64,000 nucleotides of DNA from Vicugna vicugna. Lineage: Eukaryota. The DNA lies in assembly GCA_013265495.1 (NCBI GenBank), contig MU058213.1, forward strand, positions 1,798,001 through 1,862,000, read 5' to 3'. The position numbers and the translations under genes were made by a program. This document shows, piece by piece, positions 26,055 through 39,941 of this stretch (the first letter of the stretch is position 1; each line of letters begins with the position of its first letter). The notes beneath the pieces were generated by a model, which saw only the letters and a list, made by a program, of their open reading frames with translations, was not told the origin of the DNA and did not search any database.

Positions 26055-26335
26055 TCATGGAAAACACTTTGGAGGACCAAGAGTCAGGGAACCTGGCCTC
26101 AGGTACTGTCTATGCCTATAGCAATCTGCTCATTTAGTCACCTATGCATTCATTCAATCATCCCAACAAAACTTTTTTTTGAAAATTTGTTTATATTTTA
26201 GTCTCTATGTGAGCTTAAACAACTGTCTTATAACTTTGGGACTCAAATTATTCATATATAAAATGGGGATGGCATTTCCTATGCTGACAACCTTGTAAGG
26301 TCATCAGAGAATCAGATGAGAGAGTATGAAAAGGA
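26055..26335 (+). mobile_element. MIR SINE (with internal insert)
   Basis: gagtcagggaacctgg...tgtgagcttaaacaac...taaaatggggatgg...gagaatcagatgaga. Confidence 0.55.
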
Positions 26336-27794
26336 ATTGAGCTATGGAGATAATCTTTTCTTTATTCTAGAATATGAACATAAGCTCATTTAACTTATTT
26401 AAACTGGATCTAAGGAATGCAGCAATTATCTTGGCATGGCTGCTGCAGACACCATCTTCTAATCTTCTGAGCCACTGTTGAAACTCTGAGCAGCACTCAG
26501 GCACCACCCTAAGTGCTTTCAGCTTTGATATGTTGTTCAGTTTTACTTGAAGACTGTCAAATATCAATTGGGATTACTGTGATTCCATTGACCCCATTGG
26601 TTAAACAGAAAATATCAGATTGAGAATGTATCATACAAAAAAATATATTTGTTGTTCATAAATGGATCCAGATGGTATTAGAGAAGGCTGCAGTGACTGC
26701 TACTTGGTGTGGACAGTATCTCTTGTCTTTCCGAAAGCCCTGCCTCATCAGTGTTCATTGGTGTTCAGGTGGACCCAGGGTGTAACCTTGCATTGGTACA
26801 ACTTTCACCATGTTTTGTGAAGATGCCTCCCTGTTCTTTCCCTTTATACAAAGAACTTTGTCTTTAAAAAGGCTTTGCTGGGTAGTTGTGAAATCAATTG
26901 ATAGAGTAGCCAAAATATTAGCATGTGAATCTTTCTAGCCCAGGGATGGAAAAAGTTTGGATCTCTTTACTTTTGAGTGGTTTCTCAATGAATGAGAAAA
27001 TTTAGATGTATAACCACTTTTCCTTCTTGTCTGCTTTAGCTTCTCACTGAAGACCAAGTTTCTTCTTGCATGTAAATGGGCCATTTAAGAGGCAGAAAAA
27101 AATCTCATTATTATGTGGAATAATTTTAACCCCATTACCAGGTTTTCAGTGTATATGTAAAGTCAGAGGAAAAAGAATATCTCTCAGGACCTGGACTAGG
27201 TAATGGTCAGCAATATCACCAACTATAAAGAGATCTTCCTCCATTACCCAATACCCATAAAAACTCCACAGCCACTGTCCCTGCTCTCCCCCTTGCGTGT
27301 GATACACTTGTCTGCACTGAGCATTGTCCCTGGCACTCCCTCATTTCATAATCACAATAACTCGGTGGGGTTTATTATCTCTGATTCATGGAAGATAATT
27401 CCCAAGGATGAATTGATCTTCAAGGCCTCAGTGACCTTGATTGGAATTGAGGTTTTCTGACTCCCAGGCCTTTGCAGGTGACTTTCTGAATGGGTTTGTG
27501 TTCCTAGGAAAGAAGACCCAGCACTGGGTGACAGACAAATTGTCACAGCTCTTTAGATACTCTGTTACCTTATCACCCATTTTGTTTGTGGAAATTCACA
27601 AAGAAATTCCCAAACTTCACAACTTATTTATTACTGTTCTTATCATCAGTTTAACACTTTATCTACCTGAATAGAGTGCACTATATGTCTAGGTATACTG
27701 TAAAACTTCTTCCATATTTTGTTAACTCCTCATATTAAAAACCATGCCTTCTCACCCCTGGCATTTAACAGTGTTACAGGTGTTTTAAAAAGAA

Positions 27795-28320
27795 TGCCTG
27801 TGAGGCTGCATTGATAGAAACAGTATTTGGAATGTAGAAGGGGTAGCTCCATTCTATGATGGTCAGATCACCTCTCAATACCACTTTCAGTTCAGGACAT
27901 TGAGGAGATAAATATCATATGTGGCAAGAATGTTGTGCCTCCACCGCTAGGAACTAGGGATCTGTGCTTGAGGATGAAAAACCGAAGGGAACATGATTGC
28001 TGTCTTCACATTCACAAAGGCTGTCAGGAGAAAGACAGATTAGACTCCGTGCTGCCCTCTAGGGCCAGACTAGGGTCAGGGGTGGGAAGCCACAGGGAGG
28101 CAGACTGAGGCTCTATGGAAGGAAGAGCTTTCTAAATTATTAGATCAGTTCACTTTGGAGTGAGTTGCCTCAGGAGATAAGGAGCTCCCAGGTACCAGAA
28201 ATGTGCACATGAAGGCTGTCCTGCTTTGGCAGAGTTGTCACTGCAGGTTTTCCAGCACTAGAAGGGGATTTAAGAAAGTGACGTCTCAGATACCTTTTAC
28301 TTCAGATCTTCTCTGGTCCT
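27795..28320 (+). mobile_element. L3/CR1 LINE 3' region
   Basis: ggtcagatcacc...ttcagttc; gggaacatgattgctgtcttca; gggaagccacagggaggcagact...aggaagagctttctaa; gttgcctcaggag. Confidence 0.75.
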
Positions 28321-28569
28321 AGGACTCATGGCAAAGCAGCATGCATAGAGCCTTCTCTCTTGTTTTCAGACTATTTAAGCCAGCTTTACTGAACACCTTC
28401 ACCATGAGGCAAACAGGAAGTCATTGGTTTTGGATATCCCTTTGGGTGTATTCTCAATTTTTCCATATTTATCCTCATTTAGGCAGAAATAATTTATTCC
28501 CCAGTGAAAGTGTAGACATTCTTGAATTTCTTATGAACTCCTGAAATTTAAGATAAATTGTCAGTTTTA

Positions 28570-28850
28570 ATTTTTTTAAAGACTTTATATTTGTAGAGCA
28601 ATTTTAGGTTCACAGCAAAATTAGGAGGAAGGGACAGAGGTTAGCCACATACCCTCTGGCCCTACACATGCACAGCCTCCCCATTATCAGTATCTCCCAC
28701 CAGAGTGGTGCATTTGTCACAACTGACAAACCTACATTGACACGCCATTATCACCTAAAGTCCATAGTCTACATTAGAGTTCACTCTTGGTGTCATACAT
28801 TCTGTGGGTTTGGATAACTGTATAATGATATGTATCCATCATTATAGTTT
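28570..28850 (-). mobile_element. L1MC-type 3' end
   Basis: tagagcaattttaggttcacagcaaaatt...aacctacattgacacgccattatcacctaaagtccatagt. Confidence 0.9.
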
Positions 28851-28904
28851 TTCTTTTTATGGAAAGCATATTACCACTCTGATAGGGGATGTTGATTTTA
28901 TATT

Positions 28905-28960
28905 TGTGTGTGTGCATACAAATACACACACACACACATATACACACATACACATATAAT
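28905..28960. repeat. TG/CA/TA mixed microsatellite
   Basis: direct read. Confidence 0.85.
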
Positions 28961-29109
28961 GTAAATACTATCATCATTTAATATGTATTAAATTCTATAG
29001 TTAGTATATAATATACTTATATTTTAATATATGTATTTTTTTTTAAAGTTTGTGCCTAAGGACCTTGACCCTGACACATTTCTGTGAAGGAGGTTGTGCA
29101 GCTCTTTCA

Positions 29110-29599
29110 TGAGCTCTTCTGGTCTTTTTATCAGTGAGAAAGAAATGGCACATTCAAACTTCATAACTGAGTTGAGTGTAATACAGGAAATGTTTTCAAA
29201 GATACAGACAGGGTTTAGGAAAATAAATTGTACAGAACTCAGTGTCTAATAGTAGGAAGTGCAGTGACCACCCTGAAGAAGCAAGAAGAAAGGACTGTTT
29301 CAAGAACCCACTGAGGGTCACTGTATGGAAAGAATGACTATGTGGAGCTGGGCCTCTGGTAGAGACCAAGCAAATCCACCATGTTCTGGCAAGGATGGAG
29401 CCGAGGAAAACCTCCCTCCTCCTCATTTTCCTCCCACTTTCTGTCACCTACTAGTAGTGCTTCTTATTGGCAGAACCAACTGGAAGCCAGTGGGTGAAGG
29501 CTTCTGGTAATGCTGTCCATGTGGGTCGGTCCCAGGACACAGAGTAGTTAAGAAGGTTGCCGAGTGAACTTGGAGAGGCCAGCAGTAAAGACCCAGCAC
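29110..29599 (-). mobile_element. LTR33-like ERVL LTR
   Basis: atggcacattcaaact; ttattggcagaaccaactggaagccag...gtccatgtgggtcggtcccaggacacagagtag...ttggagagg...ccagcac. Confidence 0.7.
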
Positions 29600-32264
29600 T
29601 GGTCTCTCTCACAACACACACCCAGGTACCCATTTATTATCTGCTATCCTTGTAGCCTGGAATACATCTCCTGGCAGGGCCTATTTAATGACCTAGATTT
29701 GCAATTGGCTCTAAAATAGGATTAAAAGCAGTAATTATTTTTAAAGAAAAGTTTTATCTTCTGATTATGAAAACTAAAAACGAAATCAACAATAATTATT
29801 TCAGTGGTAATCAAATATTGGGATCCATTTAAGAAGGAGTTTTTAATAGGAGATGTATAAAACCTCCTGCTTCCCAAAATGCTTTACCAGAATTGATTGG
29901 CTCTTTTTCTCAAGGCAGCCACAGCTTCTTATTGTCTCTTATTCCCATAGCCATCTGGTACTGTCTTTGATGTGAAGTGTACATTTTCCAATTTTATTCT
30001 AAACATTCACATTCAATAAAACATTGTATCATTTTTAAGATAATCAAAGCATTCAATTTTATTAGATAATTTAAATGTAAAGAAGACAGGTTCATTATTA
30101 AAATGTGTTGTGGAACCTGTAACAAGTTGCCAATAGGAGATGCACACTCTATTTACGAGATAAGAAATACCATGATGTTGGAGAAATCAATGTGGTTATG
30201 ACTGGAGAATGGGGGATGGGCTAGATGGCCAACCCAGATTCTGTGCACTCACTTTCCCCTCCTCACCCAGAAGGAATTATCAGAAAACTAGCAAGTCTAG
30301 TATTTAAACATAAATTTCCCTAGAATTTGGTGCTTTTCAGTGGAAGGTTTCAGAGTTCAATTTCAGTTTTATCTCAAAGTGGAATTTCAGAGTTACTTGA
30401 CAATAACATGTTTGGTCTTGAAAAATTCAAGTGGAAAGTGAAGTCTAGACCCCCACCCCCACCCCTGCTTACCCTGCTGTAGACTTTCAGCCTCTTCCAA
30501 GGTGAAGAGCATACACACTGTTGATGGAAACACAGTGAACTACATTGTGGGAACCTCTTTAGTCCAGTCAAACGTTTATAGAACAGAAATATCTGAATTT
30601 CACTGAAAAATTCATAGCACTAAAAGCAAAACTATTGCTAGCCTAGCAGATTCACATATTTAACCTCCTATAAAATCAAACATGCATTTGGACTCAGAAA
30701 ATATATGCAGATAAGTCCTGATGGAGTCACAGATTTTGATCCTGAATTTCTCCAGTTTTGCATAGAAGAGGGATTTCTTTGTCATGCATCCAACTGGAGA
30801 GCTAATAGGACAATCAAGGGCAAAGCTATGTCATGCTGTCCCAGAGAACAGATTCAGATGGTCTCCTAAAAAGAGATTGTCCCAAACAATCACCATAAGT
30901 CTTTGGCTTTGGGGAGCAGGATGGAGGAAGATGGTTGAGTATTTGTAGATACTCTCTGGGACTGTTTGGATTCTGATGAGAATGCAAGTGGTATTAGAGG
31001 TGTCTCAGATTGTAGCCAAGGAAAACTAAAAATCAAATCTTCTTCTTTAATACTTTGGAATTCATTTCTGTTTAAATTTGATAGAAAATAAAACTGAGAA
31101 TTCCTTTAAAAATGAGGTAAACAGCAAAAAGGAAAAAATACAATTCAATGTCAGTGATTAGATATAAAGGTTGTAGAAAATTTGTTTTTTTTTTTTGATA
31201 GCATTGCTCAATTACTCTATACTAGTTACATTTCAAGGATATAACAGGACTCAGTTCAGTTCATTAATATATGACTCTCTTGTAATTTACTTTTTGATAA
31301 ATATTGTCCAGTGAAAATACTCTGTTTTCCAGAGTCAGCATGTTCCTAGAAAATACTCAAAACAGATGCCTTTCCTAAATAAAGATGAAACTTGTACAAA
31401 TTAATCAAAAGGGTATTTTCAATTCAAATAATGAAAAGCTACCCATTGTTCAGATAATTGAGGATTTGGCAGAGGGAGAATCCAGAATATGTTGCATGTT
31501 ATTCCAATCTGCATATCCAAATATATCTTGGGAGACAGCTTACTTGGTTCTTTTGCAATAGAGTTTCTTTGGAAAGCAACATAAAACCTTCACTGTATCA
31601 TGTGCATTTTGTACACTTTACAGTGTTTTGGTAATAAAAAAAGGAAAGGGTTTGTCAGAGTGTGAAAATGACAAATGATTACATATAAATTTTTTCTTAT
31701 GTTTCAGGTGGGAATGGAGGCAAAGAATGGTGTACAATGGTCATACTTTCTCTTAAATTCTTGCACCATTTAACAAATATGATCAGAAATTGCCTGATTT
31801 ACTTCCTTTCTCAAAGTTGTCCTTCACTGGAAGAAGAAAAAAAGCAATAATATCATTAGCAATTAACAAGAAGCAGGAAATAATTGCTGTGTTAGGCCAA
31901 CAGTAAAATGTAGCATTTCCTTTCAAAATCTTGCTGATGTAAATAGGGAAGAGACCAGGCAATTACTGAGCATTCTTTGTTCCCAAGGTGATATTTTCTT
32001 ACATGAGTAACCTTGAACAAAGCACCCAAATTTCATTATGTGCCAAGACACTTCTTTACCATTCCTCAGCAGTTCCCCATCATTTGAGGATGACGTTCTC
32101 ATCACTCCAAGTGGCATAAAGATACTTCACAACCTGACCCTTGCCTGCCTAGTTCAATCTCATATCCTGACACTCACACATCCATCCATCACCACAGATG
32201 TATTACAGTTAATTATCATCTATCTTAAGTGGACTGTGTTCACAAACCTCCACTACTTTCTTTA

Positions 32265-33000
32265 TTCATTCAGTAAATATTTGGGGGGGGTGCATATACT
32301 GTGTGCCAGACACTGTGTCAAGTGCTTCAGATAAATGATTAGCAAGGTAACAGGATCCAAGACCTTTTGCAATTGGTGGTCTAGTGGAGAAAACAAAGAA
32401 AAATAATACTTCCCCCCCCAAAATAAGTAAATAAACAAAAATGAAATAATTGCAGATTGTATTAGGTGCTGGGAAGTGGGAAAAAAAAAAAAAAACCCAG
32501 AGTGCTGACATAGAGATTAAAGGGGGATGAGGAGGTAAGATGGTGACACTTAGAGTGTGCCAGGTAAAGACCTGGGGCCAAGACTTCCAGACAGAGGAAA
32601 CAACACATGCAAGTTCTAAACTATGAAAGACTTCCTCAGGTTCAATGAACTGAATAAATTCATTGTAGCTGCAGAATGGTGTGGGAGGTACAGCATAAGG
32701 TGAAGATGAAAGAGTAGCCAGATGTCAGACCAAGCAGGGCTTGCAGCTCATTGCAAGGAGTTTTATTCCCAGTGTAATTAGAAGTTATCGGTTGGATTTA
32801 AACAAAATTGTAATATGTTCTAATTTATGTTCTTAAAATATTGGTCAAACATCTGTGTGACGAATGAATTAGAGAAAGATAAGAAAGAAAGTGGGTGCAG
32901 TAGTCACTTTGGAAGCTGTGCTGGAAGGCCAGAAAAGGAATGATAATGGATGCATTCAGGAGATATATGGGGGTAGAATTAACAATGCAATGTGGGTGAG
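32265..33000 (-). mobile_element. L2 LINE 3' region
   Basis: ttcattcagtaaatatttg...tactgtgtgccagacactgtg; ttccagacagaggaaacaacacatgcaa; ttgcaaggagtttta. Confidence 0.8.
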
Positions 33001-33829
33001 TCATGCCCTCTGGAATGTTGGAGAGCTCTTCATGAGACATGAGACACTGAGTGGGAGCCAGATCTAGGGGCTTGGGATTGATTCTGCTACTGAAAGTACT
33101 GTGGAAGAGGTACTGCCTACCAAGGACGCCCACATCTGTTAGAAGTGACCAAGGAATCTCAAATAGGAAGCCAAATTGATTTTTCTAAAGCCATTTCAGG
33201 AGAAGGATTTCTTGGCTAAGGTAGATTCTCTCAAAAGTACTTTGAGTTCCGTTTCTAAACCCTGCTGCGACAATTACAGTTCAGAGACATTTGCTTGTAA
33301 CACACAGCTTAGCCGAATATGTCATTTTTGTCAAGAGGTTTGCTTTTATCAGCTGTGTGTCTTAAAACTGTTGGACAGAAATCATAACCAAGCTGTCAGC
33401 AAGGCTTCCCATTACCTTCAAGCAGATTCATTTTAATTCACCTCCGTAAAGATTTAAGTGCCTACTGTGAACCTGGTGTTGTGTCTGACTGTTAGGATAA
33501 AGATGAATGTCAGGATATTTGTAAACATTCTCTATTCATAAGAAATTCTCAGTCCTGTGGGGTAAACAACTAAATAAACACTGCAGTTGGGAAGCTAAGA
33601 AGTTACCATGTGTATGTACAATACTATATATCTGTATCTATATCTAAATCTATACACTTAGTGGAAGAAACACAATAGGGTCATTTATTCATTCTTCTGG
33701 GAGGAGGAATAGAGTGTATATTTGGACAGAAAGGAGCTTAACTTGTGCTGTATCAGTAGGAGTGGATCTGTCTCTGTCAACCTCCCAGATACAGGGAAGC
33801 CTAAGGCTTCAAAGGACTGCTTCCAGAGC

Positions 33830-33980
33830 TAGACTGTCTGGATTTAAATCAGTTACTTCGTGACCTATGTAACCTCTGAAAATTAGTTAACAACTCTTCA
33901 CCTCAGCTTACTCAACTGTTAAATGGCATAATAACAGAACATACCATATAATGTTGCCATGCGGATTGAGTTTGTGCATA
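33830..33980 (+). mobile_element. MIR SINE
   Basis: gagctagactgtctggatttaaatc...cctcagcttactcaactgttaaatggcataataa. Confidence 0.65.
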
Positions 33981-33989
33981 TGAACGTGA

Positions 33990-34330
33990 AAATGTCATTC
34001 CAGGCAGAGAACACAGGATGTGTTTGGAGAGGGACATGGGAGGGAAGATTGGAAACACGGTGTGTGGCCCAGATCCTGAAGAACTTTGTAAGCCATGCTA
34101 AAAATTTGGATTCTTTGCTATAGGTAATGAGGAACTACCAACAGTTTCAAGCAATGGAGTGGCATCATCAGGTCTTTGTCTTAGAAAGATTCTCCCCTGG
34201 CAAGAGTAGAAAGGTTGGACTAGAAGGGGAAGGGAAATGAGAGGCAGAGTCCAAGCAGATGGTTATAGCAGTAACCCACGAGAGATGATTCAATTCCTGG
34301 AATAGGATAGCAGCAGTAGGGAATGCTACC
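33990..34330 (-). mobile_element. L2 fragment
   Basis: cattccaggcagagaac; gccatgctaaaaatttggatt...ttagaaagattctccctgg. Confidence 0.7.
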
Positions 34331-34909
34331 CTGCTAAATACAAGTTTTCCCAAATATTTTCAACATGGGACTCTCGTTCCTTACATAATTTACAAAAATT
34401 TGTCAGGACTCAGTTTGGAGAATTCTAGCTAAGCATCTGCTCATTTTTTGTATGTTTTCATTTTGTCTCTTTACATCCTTCTGCATCTCAGATTTTCCAT
34501 TCCTATAACCCAGCAGGGATTCATGATCACAGACAGAGGTACTTATAAATTATCTGGTGTGGACAGTTTAGCAGATCAATAAATGAACAAGTGTTCCATG
34601 GAAACTGAGTTTATGCTGAGCTCTCTGGATTTTCACAGTAGCCAGCCCTTTACCTTAGGATTCTCTTCCCTTTGCTGCTGGAGAAGCTTTGTGAGGAGAG
34701 CAATGTGATTCAAGTTTTATTTGAGGAATGTTAATCTGTTGTTCATATACATTTGAGATTCAAGGGAGGGGAGATGATGTTCTGGAGACTTAGAATTTCC
34801 TTTCCAATACCTTTGGTGCAGTTCTCTCTGAAGATAAAAATAAATTGTTAGGCTGTGGAGGTATTATTCTAAGTGTTACATGCATACACAAACACAACAC
34901 ACACATGCA

Positions 34910-35015
34910 ACTATTTAATCTGCATAGTAACCCTATAATGTAGGCACTGTTATCATCCCTATTTTATGGATAAGCAAACTGAGTCACAGAGAATGCCAAA
35001 GTCACACAGCTAGTA
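34910..35015 (-). mobile_element. MIR SINE
   Basis: aaccctataatgtaggcactgttatcatccctattttatggataagcaaactgagtcacagag. Confidence 0.75.
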
Positions 35016-35021
35016 AAGAAT

Positions 35022-35128
35022 AAAACTATATGTATGTTCATGTATAACTGAAAAATTGTGCTCTACACTGGAATTTGACACAACATTATAAAATGATTAT
35101 AACTCAATAAAAAATGTCTTTAAAAAAG
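35022..35128 (+). mobile_element. Young lineage-specific L1 3' terminus (camelid-like)
   Basis: atgtataactgaaaaattgtgctctacactggaatttgacacaacattataaaatgattataactcaataaaaaa; nearly the same as 50571-50678 and the reverse complement of 39955-40045. Confidence 0.85.
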
Positions 35129-37214
35129 ATGAAACTGTGGGATGGTGTGGAAAAAATAAACTAGGAGAGTCAGTGGCAACAGCTGGTATTTAATAAACAT
35201 TGAGTGAACATGTGAGTGAATGAGTGAGGGAGTAAACAGAATGAATGAACAAGAGATTGGTGGTTAAGCATTAAAAAAGTTAAAAAAAATGCATCAAGTT
35301 AAGGACATTAGGAGCCAAAACAGGATATTTCAAAGAAACAGGCAATATTTCAAAGAAATAACTCTCCAAATGAGAGAGTTTGAAGAAGAGAGAGTAAAGA
35401 AAGTAGAGTGAAATTTACTCAAGATTACAGTAAGTACAGCACATTTCTCTGCTGTCAAGATCAAGCTCTTGTATTATTATTGGCTCTTATAAGTGGCATT
35501 TGAAACAGATACCATTTCAACTGCAAAGAGTTTACTGAGTGAGGCCCAAGAAATGTTTTCAATTTGCTGCATTCTGTGACCTCAAGAATAGAAATGGCAT
35601 CTGTATATCTAGAAAGAGGTGCAGAATGTGTCCTGTGGTGCAGAAGGCTTGCTGACACGGTTCTAAACAAGACATCAGTCCCTACCTGAACCTGTCCATA
35701 AGCACTTACTTAGCTTCCAGGTACCTAGCCCTGTGCTAGGTGTTATCAGAGGACAAAAGCATGAATATCCTCAATCAACAAGCATTCCCAGAGCACACAC
35801 TAGTGCTAAGCACTAGGGAACCCCAAATGGATAAAATATACCCCTAATCTCAAAGGCCTCCTGATTAAGTGGGAGGAGGATGATACAAACACAACTGTAT
35901 ATTCAGATTACAGGTTTATAAACCTGCTGTTGTAATCAAATGTACCCAGTATGGTATAGTATGAAAATATAGTATACAAATTACATAATAAAGACCAAAA
36001 GTACAAAATACGTTTGAGTAAGAATGGCTTGATAAAGATTTAGGACTGGAGAAGGAATTTTAGGTGGGTCAAGATTATTAAGCAATGGATAATGAGGAGG
36101 AAAACATTTCAAGAAGGAAGGGAAGCAGCAGTATCTAACGCTGATAAAAGATCAGGGGCATGCAATGGTTTAAAAGATAAAGTGTTTGGGCTTCCCCAAT
36201 GGAGAAACAGTGTACTGACCTTAAACAGTGAAATTAATTACCCAGACAGCATGAGTATAATGCTAACTATAAAATATTATTTCTTTAGAAAGCAGAGTCC
36301 ACTCTTAGATCTTCATGATTTTACTCTCCCAGTCTTTCTGCTTTGGGATTCTTTGGTCTTCAGAACCCTAGAAACCTTCTCTAACTCTTCCAATTCTTTC
36401 ATTTCCAAGGTTGGCATCAATAGGTGTCTGGGTCATTTGTTCAGACAACATAGGAACTCCATTTTCTTACTAGTGTAGAATTCTGTCCTTCTGTGACCCG
36501 TCCTTGACCCCAGATGAAGCACAGCTGAGCACCTATCCAATTAGGCTCATTCTTATGCTAAACAGGTAGACCCGGCTGGGCCATCACGGTTTTTGCACGA
36601 ACGTACAGCTCATGTGTCACAGCAAGCAACCTAGCACTAATATACAGCAAACCCTGATTGCCATCAATCTGCTTCCAGAACCATCTACCCAACCATCACA
36701 ACATATCACTTTGGGGCTGACATCTTTGGGGCCTGGTCCCAGCCAGGAGATGTGAGTCACCCAGGAATGACAGTCTGATCAAAATGCATGATGGATAGAG
36801 CCTAAACATCATCCCATCACTCACGAGCAAGGAGGCAAAAATTGTCAAGGTAGGAGTGTCAGGTGTGGGGAAGGTAATTTCTGACAGGTGATTAATGCCA
36901 AGGAGCCAGCAATCATCCAAGTACTGCCAAGAGAAATGGGCAGTTATATATATTTTTTCTATGACAGTGCCTCCCTTCCCCCACTCTTGACCTCTGGTTT
37001 TACTGTATGCTGCAGAAGAGCCTCACAGATTATTTTTTCCCCCAAATTCTAAATATTTATGCCTCTCAAAATCTAGAGCTTATATACACCTCACACATAC
37101 ATCCACCAAATGCAGTCCTAAAGACCTCATAGCCCCGTCATCTTTTGAAAAACAACTGAAATATTCTCCAGTTAATGTTATTCTAATGGTCATTAAGGAA
37201 GCAATAGGTCAGTC

Positions 37215-37365
37215 AGCCTGGGGCCAAATCTTGGTTTTTGTTCATGACCTGGAGCAAATGATTGTACTTCTCTGTGTCTTAGCTTCCACATTTATAAAAT
37301 AAGACTGTTTTGAGGATTAAAGGAGGATTTCTTAACTTTGAAGTTTATGACAAATGCTTAACAAA
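37215..37365 (+). mobile_element. MIR SINE
   Basis: atgacctggagcaaatgattgtacttctctgtgtcttagcttccacatttataaaat...ttttgaggattaaa. Confidence 0.65.
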
Positions 37366-37799
37366 TGCTTGATAATATTAACAGTGTCTCTGCAATGTTT
37401 GTTACATTTGAGAGAAAAATTTCAAAAACTGCAAAGCTTTTGTGAAACGTAGGGCACCTGGAGGAAACAGGTAAAATGGGTAAGGTCAGAGGATACTGTG
37501 GGCTCTTGAATTAAAACAAAATGGGCATTGGTCCTTTGAGAGGGGAAGTGGATCAAAATAGCACAAGGCAGGAAACAAAAGCCATGCTTAGAACTACTAA
37601 AAGCTGGTCCTTCCTTTCCACTGAGCCCCGTGTGGAGATACCATCAGTTTATTCAACACATGGAGGATTTAGTGCAGGTATTACAGGACTTGAGAGACGA
37701 TCCCAGGACTCATTTGTGCAACCAACAGTGAGGACAAGTCCAGTCCAAGGTCACCCTGGGGAACAGGTGGGGATATGCTTAGGGTGGTCACACTGCATT

Positions 37800-38392
37800 C
37801 CACTCTGGCTCCAGATACGAGGCAGAGGCCACACTCACTATTTGAACAAAGATAATTTGATAGAAAGACTTGTTCATTAGGTTTTGAAGAACAGAAAAGG
37901 CAAAAGGAACTCTGAGGTGTTAGGAGGTAGCAGCTTCAGCTTCAAGCTTTGGGTTGAGGGAACCAAGGGAAGGGGTTTCGATTGTTCTGATTTGGAGGCC
38001 TGATGGAAGGGGCCCTTGGAGCTGACAAGTCAGGCCTCTGAGGAGGGGACACTACTGGGGTTTTTGGTGGGTGTTATGTGTCTGGCATTTCAAGTGTGGG
38101 AAACACTGCCAACAGGATTCAGCTGCTGTTAGTGGAACACGCAGATACGTGGGTGAAGAAATGAGGCTGGGGTGCCACTGACAAGAATAGGAAACCCACA
38201 GGAAGGAAGGAGCAAGTCCCTTTTCCCCACAGGAGACTTGCCATTTCCCTCTGGCGCCCCTTACTGGACACACCTAACAAGAGCCTCTTGCAAAGCAGAA
38301 GTAGGTTGCAGCGTTCTGCTCCATGCAGATGCAAAGCGGAGTAGAGATGGGTGGATGTGGAATTGGGAGACCGTGGCTTAATCAGTGGCCTA
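37800..38392 (-). mobile_element. LTR41-like ERVL LTR
   Basis: minus strand reads ...ccacccatctctactccgctttg...ctgcaacctacttctgctttgc...ttgttaggtgtgtccagtaaggggcgccagaggga, as in the remembered LTR41/41B 5' end. Confidence 0.65.
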
Positions 38393-38399
38393 TTGTCTA

Positions 38400-38850
38400 C
38401 TCCACTCATCCAGTAAACAGTGACTACCTGCCATGTGCCAAACACAGGGGGCTAAGGTGCACTATGTTGTTCTCCAGGAACACAGGCAAGGGGAAGGAGA
38501 GGAAAGAAACCAACCAACCAAACAACCAAAATACCCAGAATATGATATAGTCAGTGACTGAGAACAGTAGACCAGCATAGGGAAGACAGGAGGGATGGGA
38601 GAGAAACTGCCCAGAGTAAAATGTTAAAAATGAGTAGGGATTCACAAGATGAAGAAAAGAAGGTAGTAGGTAGACACTGACCTATGGAAGAACAAATTGG
38701 AAAGGGTCTTATATGCTGTATATGGAACTGGAATCTTTCTCCTGAAGGCTGTGAGAAAAACACCAAGAGTTTTAATCTGACATAATCAGGTTTATGTTTT
38801 GATAAAAAAATTTGAAATTGATTAGAATGGCGGCGGTCTGGCTGGATTTT
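38400..38850 (-). mobile_element. L2 3' fragment
   Basis: gtgactacctgccatgtgccaaacacagg; gagttttaatctgacataatcaggtttatgtttt. Confidence 0.55.
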
Positions 38851-38869
38851 TAAAAAATGAAATAGTCTA

Positions 38870-39940
38870 GAAATGAATTTTTTTAAGTTTTAAAATAATT
38901 AATACATTTACAATATAAAAATGATATAAAAAAGAAAGTGAATACTAAGAAATCTCATTCTCTCCTGCCTTCTACAGTTATCCATTTTTATTTTGTTAAA
39001 GCTGTTAGTGTTCCTTTAAACACAGATAAGTATGAATGTTTATTTTTATTTTCCAAACTTTCTTACTCTTTTCTTATTTCAAACAATGCTGGAGTGAAAG
39101 TCTCCAAAGTCGGATTTCTGGGTCAAGGGGTAAATGCTTCTGTAAATTTGGTAGACGTTGCCAAATTTGGTGGATATTTTTCTTTCCTAGATGTTGTATC
39201 ATTTTGTACTCCACCAGCATTTCAAGAGAGCACCTCTTTACTTACAGGCTGGCCAAGAAAGTGTGTTGTGAAAACTTTTGGACTTTTTGCCATATGATAG
39301 TTGAGAAATACAATGTCAGTATAGCCTCTCTGGATGAAGTTGTGCTTTTGTTTCATTTTTAAGGCCATTTGTATTACTTTTTTTGTGGTCTCTATTCATA
39401 TATTTTAATCACTTTTGTGTTTAGTTGTTAGTCACTTTTCTTTTTCAGTTTCTAGAAGTTGCAAATATGTTTCCCAGTTTGTCATTTCTTTTTGAATTTT
39501 GCTTTCGGCTTTTGCTTTGTTTGTCATACAAGTTATAGTTGCCTACTCTCGGTTTATGAAAGAATTCACACATGCTTTCTATTAATACATTTATAGTTTC
39601 ATTTTTACATTTAAAACTTTGGTGCATTTGGAGTTTATACTGGTAAGCAATACAAGGCATCGATAGAATGTTATCTTTTCCAAATGACATCCAGTTGTCT
39701 TCACACCCTTTCCTAAAATGTCCATTTTTATCTCACGGATCTGAGGTATCATCACGATCATATTTTTTCAAATGTCCCTGTACACTTGGGTTTCCTTTTG
39801 GAAATTTGTTCTATTCCACTGATCGGTTTACCTATTCCTGAGTCATTACCACACTTTTAATTATTTGTGCTTTATAATATATTTTATTTTCAGATATTAG
39901 GTGTCTGACTAATTGTTCTTTTTCAGAATTTCATGTGTGA
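38870..39940 (-). mobile_element. Old L1 (L1ME-type) ORF2 end and 3' UTR
   Basis: tttctgggtcaaggggtaa, ttttacatttaaaactttggtgcatttggagttta, ttgttctattccactgatc. Confidence 0.7.
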
Positions 39941-39941
39941 C

